64,000 nt of DNA from Firmicutes bacterium CAG:321_26_22 (GTDB lineage Bacteria > Bacillota_I > Bacilli_A > RF39 > UBA660): the NCBI GenBank assembly GCA_001916775.1, contig MNTB01000030.1:120901-184900 (forward strand), read 5' to 3'. This document shows, in pieces, positions 56,865 through 64,000 of the stretch (the stretch's first letter is position 1; every line of letters starts with the position of its first letter). Both the position numbers and the translations under genes were made by a program. A model generated the notes under the pieces. The model saw only the letters and a list, made by a program, of their open reading frames with translations. It made no database searches and was not told where the DNA came from.

Positions 56865-57987
56865 TTATTGGTTTTATTTGATATTCTCTTTTAATAAGAG
56901 ACATATCTGTAACTAAGGCATATATTTTTGTAGCCTTTAATTCTATATCTAATACTTTAGATATATTTTTTTTATATCCTATAACTAAAGGTATTGATAA
57001 TTCTTTTTTTATTTTATTTAAATATTCTTGACCACTTCTAGTAAAACCTAATATTCTTATGTAGTCTATAGATATATTATTAGCTTCTTCTTTAGTAAAG
57101 CCTACGAGTATATGAAGAAGCATTCTAGATATTTTATTATAAGTATATCTTTTAGTTTTGATATTTTGAATTAATTCTTCATAGTTATTTGATATATAAA
57201 TACTTTTTATTATTCTTGATTCAATGCCTTCATCTACTGTTTGATATTTACTGATACTTGTATCTTCTATTAATATTTTGTATTTTAGTATGTCATAATA
57301 CTTATTCATATCTATTTTATAAAGATATTTTTTATCAAAAGGTACTAGGTTATCTATACAATTATCTGATAGATATAGTTTTCTGATATTTGATGCTGAT
57401 GTTATGTTATCTAATACTTCTGAGCCATGATATGATGTTGTTCTTTTTATATTTAAATATTCTATTGAATAATTATGTTTTTTTATTTGTTTTATATAAG
57501 ATAGGGCTAATAGGTCATTTGGAGTATCTACTTTTATACTAGTTAAATCTTCAAGGGCTTTATTAGTAGATGTTGCATAATTTAATCCTTGACTTAGATA
57601 TTCTTTTACTTTGTCTTGATACTCTATATTATTTATTTGAATATCTGCTAGAAGTTCTAAGTCGCTAATATTATCTCTTTCTGTACCAAAAACAAGAGTA
57701 TCTATTTTTAAGGTATTTAGAATACTAATTGCTCCTTCTGCAAAAAGATCAGAAGACTGAGTTGAATAGACAAATGGTAGTTCTACGACTAAATCAACAT
57801 TATTATCTAAAGCTATTTTTGTTTTATCCCATTTATTTAATAGTGAGATATTTCCTCTTTGGGTAAAAGAAGAAGAAGTGACCACTACTAAAAGACTATT
57901 GGGATATTTTTCTTTTATTTTATTTATTTGATATAAATGTCCTTTGTGAAAAGGATTATATTCCGCTATTACTCCTATTACATGCAT
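56845..57987 (-). CDS. tmcAL: tRNA(Met) cytidine acetate ligase (YlbM/TmcAL family nucleotidyltransferase)
   Basis: N-terminal GVIAEYNPFHKGHLYQI signature of the YlbM/UPF0348 family. Size about 380 aa. Confidence 0.8.
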   Translation of the reverse strand: MHVIGVIAEYNPFHKGHLYQINKIKEKYPNSLLVVVTSSSFTQRGNISLLNKWDKTKIALDNNVDLVVELPFVYSTQSSDLFAEGAISILNTLKIDTLVFGTERDNISDLELLADIQINNIEYQDKVKEYLSQGLNYATSTNKALEDLTSIKVDTPNDLLALSYIKQIKKHNYSIEYLNIKRTTSYHGSEVLDNITSASNIRKLYLSDNCIDNLVPFDKKYLYKIDMNKYYDILKYKILIEDTSISKYQTVDEGIESRIIKSIYISNNYEELIQNIKTKRYTYNKISRMLLHILVGFTKEEANNISIDYIRILGFTRSGQEYLNKIKKELSIPLVIGYKKNISKVLDIELKATKIYALVTDMSLIKREYQIKPIIKENND

Positions 57988-58111
57988 AATTATCACCGGT
58001 TATATAATATCATATTTAACATAATTATTCAAACATTTTTTATTAGGGAGTTTTTTTATTGTATTAAATGTCAATGTATGATACAATATTTCTGAAGTGA
58101 GGTTGTATGTG

Positions 58112-59620
58112 ATGTATTTTTTAAATATTATTAATTCAATAGGGGATTCTTATCTTGCTTGGAAAAATGTATACAATATTATTGGTAAGATTCTTGTTAT
58201 TATGATGGTTTATAAAACTTTATATTGGTTAATTGGTGTTTTCTTTACTAGGAAGTTTAAACCTGCTAAAAATAAACATAAATATGCTATATTGATAGCA
58301 GCGAGAAATGAAAAAAATGTTATTGGTAACTTACTTGATAGTATTAATAAGCAAGATTATCCAAAAGAACTTATTACTACTTTTGTAGTAGCGGATAATT
58401 GTACTGATAATACTGCTGAGATTGCTAGAAAGCATGGAGCCATCTGCTACGAAAGATTTGATAATGAACATAAAACTAAAGGATTTGCTCTTCAATATTT
58501 ATTAGAAAAAATAGGTGAAGATTATGGTAGAATGAGTTTTGAGGGATACTTTATCTTTGATGCTGATAATCTTCTTAATGGAAATTATATTTCTAAGATG
58601 AATGATGCCTTTGATTCTGGTGAAAAAATTATTACTTCTTATCGTAATACGAAGAATTTTGATGAAAACTGGATTGCTTCTACTTATGCTATTCACTGGA
58701 TTAGATCGATAAGATGTAATCATAGAGCTAGGTCTGTTCTTAGACTAGCTACTAATATACAGGGTACTGGTTTTTTATTTGCTAGTGAGATAGTAAAGGA
58801 TGGGTGGAAGTATACTTCTCTTACTGAGGATAGAGCACTTACAGCAGATGCTGTTGCACAGGGATATCAGATTACTTATAATGATGAAGCTATGTTTTAT
58901 GATGAACAACCTACTAGCTTAAAGATTGCATTAAGACAAAGACTTAGATGGTCAAAAGGTCATTTACTTGCCTTCTGTGAAAGTGGTCCTTATTTATTTT
59001 TAAATATTTTCTTTGGTAAATTATTTATTAAAACTAAGTGGAGAGAAAATACTAAAAAAAATAATAAATCTTTTAAAGATATTATTCTTAGTATTATTGA
59101 ATCTATTAGACATAGATTTGCTTCTTATGATACTTTACTTCAATTAACACCTTTTTCAGTATTTAATTTAGCTAAATGGATTATTGTTATTCTTATTATG
59201 GGAAGTTGCTACTACTACAACAATGGTATTAATAATATTGATTTACTTAGTGGCGGTACTTATTTGGCTAAGGGTCTTAGAAATTTATTTTCAATTAAGA
59301 TTTCTGTAGAGCCTGGTATTAATGCTTTATTTATTGGAATGATTACTGCTATTTGGCTTAGATTATTCTATCGAATGGGTATGTATATACAGAACATGTG
59401 GGTAGCTGTTTATGTATTTATTATTGAAAGAAAAAATATTAAAAAGATGACTTTTAAGAAAAAAGTATTATATACTATTACTTGGCCAATATTTGATATT
59501 ATTGGTAGATATACTACTTATGCAGCATTATTTATGAAAGTTACATGGAAACCTATACCACATGATAGTAAAGTTACTATTGATGATATTGATACTAATG
59601 TAAAAGAAAAAGTTCACTAA
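58112..59620 (+). CDS. Membrane-embedded processive family-2 glycosyltransferase
   Basis: N-terminal TM helix, GT2 core (ILIAARNE, FDADN) and QRLRWSKG (QxxRW), followed by several C-terminal TM helices. Confidence 0.8.
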   Translation: MYFLNIINSIGDSYLAWKNVYNIIGKILVIMMVYKTLYWLIGVFFTRKFKPAKNKHKYAILIAARNEKNVIGNLLDSINKQDYPKELITTFVVADNCTDNTAEIARKHGAICYERFDNEHKTKGFALQYLLEKIGEDYGRMSFEGYFIFDADNLLNGNYISKMNDAFDSGEKIITSYRNTKNFDENWIASTYAIHWIRSIRCNHRARSVLRLATNIQGTGFLFASEIVKDGWKYTSLTEDRALTADAVAQGYQITYNDEAMFYDEQPTSLKIALRQRLRWSKGHLLAFCESGPYLFLNIFFGKLFIKTKWRENTKKNNKSFKDIILSIIESIRHRFASYDTLLQLTPFSVFNLAKWIIVILIMGSCYYYNNGINNIDLLSGGTYLAKGLRNLFSIKISVEPGINALFIGMITAIWLRLFYRMGMYIQNMWVAVYVFIIERKNIKKMTFKKKVLYTITWPIFDIIGRYTTYAALFMKVTWKPIPHDSKVTIDDIDTNVKEKVH

Positions 59621-59637
59621 ATTAAAGTGAGCTTTTT

Positions 59638-61629
59638 TTATACTTCTTTATCTTTTGAAGTAGATATCTTTTTGAAATAATTATATTTTAATGTTAAATC
59701 GTTTTTTCTTATAATGTAGTTTATATAATAATTTTTATCTTCTAATGATACTTGGTCTATATATTTATTATTGGTTACTGCTCCGCCATCAACATATACA
59801 TTTCCATCATACCATGAATAATCACTAAAGAAGACTATGCCGTTGTAACTACTATTTAAAGCATCTTTTCCTATATAGTAATTAGGATGATATTCTAGAC
59901 CTAATAGATTTATTATAGTAGGTAATATATTTAATTGTGATGTTACAGATGTTACTTTCTTTTTAGTATTTCCATTGTCCCATATAAAGAATGGAGTATG
60001 ATTTATTAAATTATTACTTGTATCTTTATATTTATCTAATATTGTTTGATCTGATAAGGTATATAGATAATGGTCAGTGAATACTACTATTACTGTATTG
60101 TCTATTAAATTCTTCTCAGTTAGTGTATTTATTAGAAGTTCAACCATATAATCTGTTTCTTTAGCTTGTCTTCTAGCACAATCTTCTTCACTCATAGTAG
60201 GTAGAACATAATCTGATGGAAGTTCTTCTAATCCTTGTTCTTTTAATATATCTTCAGTTACTAATTTTTTACATACACCTTTTTCTGTAGTAAATGGTAA
60301 GTGTCCTGAGTAAGTTATTATATAATCGGCAAATTTTTCTTCACTAAACATTTTTTCTTTAAATGTTTCATTTAATATTAATTCTCTATCTAAAGTATAG
60401 GCATCATCTTTATATGTTCCTAGTTCTTTTAAACCATAATAGTTATCATAACCCCAATTTTTATAATTTGTTGCTCTTGAATAATATTCTCCATCATTCA
60501 TATGGAAGGCATTAACACTATAATTTTCATTTTTTAATAATTTTGCTAATGAATATGGGAATGAATTTTTATTAAATGAATAAGCGTTTTGGGTATATGA
60601 TAGAGGAGTTATAAATCCTGTATTTACTGCAAACTCTGAATTGAATGTTGATCCACCGCCATTATAATATGAATAATGATTAGTAAAGTTAATAGAATTA
60701 TTCATCATATTATATAGAGTTGGTGTATCTTCTTTTGTTATTAACCAGTTATCGGTTCCCTCTAATTGAAGAAAGATTACATTTTTATCTTTAAATTTTC
60801 CAGTATAACTTGTTTGATAATTTTCTTCTTCTTTATTATATTCTTCTTCAAGAAAAGTTATATCTTCTTCATTATCTGTTTTTTTAGCTTTAATAAATGT
60901 TATATAGAAATTTCTAACACTATATTCATATATTCCTGATACCATCATACTTTTATTGTTATCATTGAAATTTATATATATATTTCTTGGATTTCTCCAT
61001 GTACTCCATGTTAAGGCATCATTTGGTTTTCCTAAGAATAATGGAGTTATTAAATGAAGAATTAAAAATAAGAAAAATACTTTTATTATTTTTTTTAAGT
61101 CTGTTTTTTTTCTTTCTTTAAATTGTTTTAATCCAAATATATAAGATATTATTATTACTACACTTGATATATATACCCAAATATTACAATTTAAAATAGC
61201 ATCCATAAAGTAATCTGAGCCTTCTCCTGCTAACATAATTAAACTAAAATCAAAGAATGTGTTAGTCATTGAATAGTAGATATTGTTAGTTATAAATAAA
61301 GCAAAGGCTAATATAAAAAAGATTGTATATACTATCTTACCTTTCTTTTTTTCTAAGAATAGGGATATTCCAACCATTAGGATTATATATGTGATAGTAA
61401 ATAAACATGGTACTAATCTAAATATTCCATAGAAATGTATTTTGTATCCCAATATTTTAGTTATTATATCGATTAATATAAAAGGTAATGATATAATTAA
61501 TATATAATAATATTTTAAAATAAAATCTTTAACTTTATTTTTTATTTCTTCATATTTTGTTTTTTTATTTTTATTTATATTTTTTTTATTCTTTTTTTGT
61601 TTTACTTCTTTTTTCACAGAAATCACCAC
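59638..61629 (-). CDS. LtaS-family sulfatase-domain membrane protein (lipoteichoic acid synthase-like)
   Basis: Five N-terminal TM helices plus an extracytoplasmic alkaline-phosphatase/sulfatase domain (FLQLEGTDNW, GGGSTFNSEFAVNTG, VVFTDH). The start codon is uncertain (GTG at 61629 or 61617). Confidence 0.8.
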   Translation of the reverse strand: MVISVKKEVKQKKNKKNINKNKKTKYEEIKNKVKDFILKYYYILIISLPFILIDIITKILGYKIHFYGIFRLVPCLFTITYIILMVGISLFLEKKKGKIVYTIFFILAFALFITNNIYYSMTNTFFDFSLIMLAGEGSDYFMDAILNCNIWVYISSVVIIISYIFGLKQFKERKKTDLKKIIKVFFLFLILHLITPLFLGKPNDALTWSTWRNPRNIYINFNDNNKSMMVSGIYEYSVRNFYITFIKAKKTDNEEDITFLEEEYNKEEENYQTSYTGKFKDKNVIFLQLEGTDNWLITKEDTPTLYNMMNNSINFTNHYSYYNGGGSTFNSEFAVNTGFITPLSYTQNAYSFNKNSFPYSLAKLLKNENYSVNAFHMNDGEYYSRATNYKNWGYDNYYGLKELGTYKDDAYTLDRELILNETFKEKMFSEEKFADYIITYSGHLPFTTEKGVCKKLVTEDILKEQGLEELPSDYVLPTMSEEDCARRQAKETDYMVELLINTLTEKNLIDNTVIVVFTDHYLYTLSDQTILDKYKDTSNNLINHTPFFIWDNGNTKKKVTSVTSQLNILPTIINLLGLEYHPNYYIGKDALNSSYNGIVFFSDYSWYDGNVYVDGGAVTNNKYIDQVSLEDKNYYINYIIRKNDLTLKYNYFKKISTSKDKEV

Positions 61630-61684
61630 TAATGAAATTATACTATATATTTAATATTTTGTAAATAATTGAAGAAAAATATTA

Positions 61685-61761
61685 ATTTTAAGACAATTTT
61701 GGCTTAAAATTATTTTTTAAAGACCTAAGGCTTTAAAAATAGTGAGCAACAAAGTGCGAAC
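61685..61761. repeat. Two HP-AG hairpins plus tail element
   Basis: attttaAGACaattttGGCTtaaaat, ttttaaAGACctaaGGCTttaaaa, atagtgagcaacaaagtgcgaac (compare 52746-52769). Confidence 0.75.
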
Positions 61762-61843
61762 TACTCTAAAAAATTATTAAAAAGTTATTTATTTTTTGAT
61801 ATTTATTTGGTATAATTTACTTAGAATAGAAAGAAGGGCGATT

Positions 61844-63604
61844 ATGTTTAAAGAAATTATTGCTATTAGTAAAAATTATGCTATTGTTAAAATTGATAAT
61901 GTTATTACTGATGATTTACTTAACTTAAATGTTGTTTTTGAAGAAAATAATAAAAAAATATTAGGTGAAGTAGAAGAAATTATGAACGGAGAGGCTAAAA
62001 TTAGTTTTTTAGGAGAATTTCATGGAAGTAAATTTTATGATGGTATTATTAGAAAACCTAGTATTAATTCTAAAATTAGAATTATTAATGCTGATGAATT
62101 AGCAGAACTCACTGGGTATAATGACAATACTGCAATGATGCTAGGACTTTCTCCTTTGTATAATGATAGCCCTATTAAAATTAATATTGATGATATGTGG
62201 AGCAATCATAGTGCTATTTTTGGTAATACTGGTTCTGGTAAAACTTATGGTGTTGCTAGATTAGTACAAAATTTATTTACTATGCCTAATTACATTCCTT
62301 TTAATAGTATTATTTTTATATTTAATAATACTGATGAATATGATAGTGCTTTTAGTAGTATTTCTAGTTATAATTATAATTTTAATTACAAGATGTTTAG
62401 TACTGATACTGATAAAGAAGTTAATATTCTTAAATTACCCTTATGGTTACTTTCTGTTGATGATTATGCTAATATACTTGATGTAACTGATTATTCACAA
62501 ATTATGATTATTGAAAAGATGCTTGCTTATGTTTCTTTATTTGCTAAAAATGATGAGAAATCTAATAGATATAAAAACCATTTAATTGCATCCGCTATTG
62601 TATCAGTTATGTATTCTAATCAAGTATCTGCTAGAATTAGAGACCAAATATTTTCTATTTTAACTGATTGTCATACACCTGAACTTAACTTAGATGTTGA
62701 AGTACCTGGTGTTGGTTATACTAGAACTTTTAGAAAATGTTTTGAAATTGATAGTCAGGGACAATTTGTAGAAAGAATTCTTATTACTGAATATATTAAA
62801 AAGTTTGTAGATAATGAGACTAAGTGGAATGAAGATTATGTACCTACTTTCTTTACAATTGACGATTTAGAAGTAGCTCTTAACTTTACATTAATATCTG
62901 AAGGACTTCTTCTTAATGAGAAATCTTATGCTGAAGCTACGGCTTTAAAAGTTAAATTACATACTATTGCTAATAGTTCTATGAGAAAGTATTTTGAATG
63001 TGATAAGTTTATTACTGTAAATGAATTTATATCTGATTTAATATTAGTTGGTAATAATAAGAGAGCACAAATTATTAATTTTGTATTAGAAAATATAGAT
63101 GATAGATTTGCTAAAGCTCTTGTTAAGGTATATGCAAGAATTATCTTTAACTTTGCTAAAAAACTTCCTACTAGAGGTAGTATGCCAATGCATCTTATGC
63201 TAGAGGAGGCTCATAGATATGTTCAGAAGGATAATGATATTAATATTCTTGGATACAATATATTTGAAAGAATTGCTAAGGAAGGTAGAAAATTTGGTAT
63301 ATGTCTTGACTTAATTACACAAAGACCTACTGAACTATCTGAAACTGTTTTATCACAGTGTAGTAATTTCTTAATATTTAAAATTAACCATCCTAGTGAT
63401 TTGGAGTATATTGAAAAGATGGTTCCTAATATTAGTAGTGATGTTATTGAAAAACAAAAATCACTTCAATCTGGTACTTGTGTTGCTTTTGGTAAGATGA
63501 TGAAGATTCCACTTATTGTAAAAATGCAACTTCCTAATCCAGAACCACAGAGTACAAATGCTAAAATATTTGACAAGTGGATGATACAGTGGAAAAGTAA
63601 CTAG
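61844..63604 (+). CDS. HerA-like (FtsK/HerA superfamily, DUF87-type) ATPase with N-terminal HAS-barrel-like domain
   Basis: Walker A GNTGSGKTY, Walker B LMLEEAHRY, EGRKFGICLDLITQRPTELSETVLSQCSNFLIFK. Extended -10 TGGTATAAT at 61808-61816. ATG at 61844. Confidence 0.75.
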   Translation: MFKEIIAISKNYAIVKIDNVITDDLLNLNVVFEENNKKILGEVEEIMNGEAKISFLGEFHGSKFYDGIIRKPSINSKIRIINADELAELTGYNDNTAMMLGLSPLYNDSPIKINIDDMWSNHSAIFGNTGSGKTYGVARLVQNLFTMPNYIPFNSIIFIFNNTDEYDSAFSSISSYNYNFNYKMFSTDTDKEVNILKLPLWLLSVDDYANILDVTDYSQIMIIEKMLAYVSLFAKNDEKSNRYKNHLIASAIVSVMYSNQVSARIRDQIFSILTDCHTPELNLDVEVPGVGYTRTFRKCFEIDSQGQFVERILITEYIKKFVDNETKWNEDYVPTFFTIDDLEVALNFTLISEGLLLNEKSYAEATALKVKLHTIANSSMRKYFECDKFITVNEFISDLILVGNNKRAQIINFVLENIDDRFAKALVKVYARIIFNFAKKLPTRGSMPMHLMLEEAHRYVQKDNDINILGYNIFERIAKEGRKFGICLDLITQRPTELSETVLSQCSNFLIFKINHPSDLEYIEKMVPNISSDVIEKQKSLQSGTCVAFGKMMKIPLIVKMQLPNPEPQSTNAKIFDKWMIQWKSN

Positions 63605-63607
63605 AAT

Positions 63608-63634
63608 AAAGCCTTATAAATCAAGGCTTTTTTT
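63608..63634 (+). terminator. Intrinsic terminator of the HerA-like gene
   Basis: aaagcctt-ataaatc-aaggcttt followed by TTTTT. Confidence 0.8.
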
Positions 63635-63636
63635 AT

Positions 63637-63770
63637 TTATCCACAATATCCACAGGGCTGTGGAAAAGTAAAACTGTTGACTGTTGACAACAAAAATTGA
63701 CAAAAATTGTGGAAAAGTCTTTTAAAGTCTTATTTTATATGGTATTATATTGTTGATAAGTTGTGGATAA
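63637..63770. promoter_or_regulatory. oriC-type DnaA-box cluster upstream of dnaA
   Basis: TTATCCACA (63637-63645, perfect), ATATCCACA (63646-63654), TGTGGAAAA (63659-63667 and 63708-63716), TGTTGATAA (63751-63759), TGTGGATAA (63762-63770, perfect). An AT-rich tract follows at 63771-63830. Confidence 0.8.
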
Positions 63771-63804
63771 CTTGTTATTTTACCTGTTAATTAAAAAAAA
63801 TATC

Positions 63805-63832
63805 TAGACAAAATTTTTTTTTGAGATATAAT
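63805..63832 (+). promoter_or_regulatory. Candidate dnaA promoter
   Basis: TAGACA (63805-63810), a 16-nt spacer, TATAAT (63827-63832). AAGGAGG RBS at 63855-63861. Confidence 0.5.
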
Positions 63833-63868
63833 AAGATTAATGGCAGATTTGATTAAGGAGGTTTTGAT

Positions 63869-64000
63869 ATGAATACGGATAATTTATGGAATGAATTTCT
63901 TGATAAAATTAAAGAACGTATTACTCCTTTATCTTATGATACTTGGTTTAAGGATACTAAATTATATAAGTTAGATGGTGGTACTGCCACTATTATTGTT
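63869..64000 (+). CDS. dnaA: Chromosomal replication initiator DnaA, first 44 codons (3' end outside the window)
   Basis: MNTDNLWNEFLDKIKERITPLSYDTWFKDTKLYKLDGGTATIIV is the typical DnaA domain I N-terminus. Preceded by DnaA boxes. Confidence 0.9.
   Translation, partial: MNTDNLWNEFLDKIKERITPLSYDTWFKDTKLYKLDGGTATIIV

Noticed and set aside
1-64000. Search for tRNA, rRNA, tmRNA, riboswitch or T-box elements in intergenic regions
   Set aside because: None of the intergenic stretches shows a cloverleaf-compatible sequence, rRNA-like conserved blocks or recognisable riboswitch cores by eye. A covariance-model scan would be needed to exclude small ncRNAs.

Overview
AT-rich (roughly 27-28% GC by eye) Bacillota-type chromosomal segment that ends at the replication origin. 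The last 132 nt are the start of dnaA, preceded by a DnaA-box cluster. It uses the standard genetic code (TGA serves as a stop at the dnaB/dnaI junction and at dnaE). I saw no rRNA, tRNA or CRISPR. The backbone is housekeeping and lies almost entirely on the + strand: DnaD-domain dnaB/dnaI, dnaE, gmk, valS, rmuC, HIT, prsA, hpf, secA, [FeFe]-hydrogenase, guaD, CBS-pyrophosphatase, ackA, nrnA, sigA, sufC/sufBD/sufS/sufU, polC, polA, mutM, tmcAL, a processive GT2 and an LtaS-like sulfatase. Small accessory insertions sit between these genes, and each is bounded by recurring intergenic repeats of two kinds: DnaA-box-like palindromes (ATCAACA-N5-TGTTGAT) and hairpins with an invariant AGAC...GGCT apex. 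The most unusual region is 26.0-32.8 kb, downstream of secA. There, two start-less copies of the secA SEC-C tail, TAGATAC doublets, 10-nt phased GC-rich arrays and hairpins separate cargo cassettes that carry no recombinase: an MccF-like peptidase, an orphan 604-aa + 67-aa pair, then RhuM and an ECF sigma/anti-sigma pair. Other candidates for follow-up are an 836-aa protein with about 17 near-identical 63-bp LRR-like repeats, an AraC-HTH / soluble T4CP-like ATPase / Cys-rich membrane protein module flanked by inverted repeat modules between polC and polA, an orphan HerA-like ATPase next to oriC, two unannotated tiny hydrophobic peptide genes, and an ABC exporter flanked by a duplicated sufU 3' end plus terminator. 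All functional calls come from motif recognition by eye; no database search was run.
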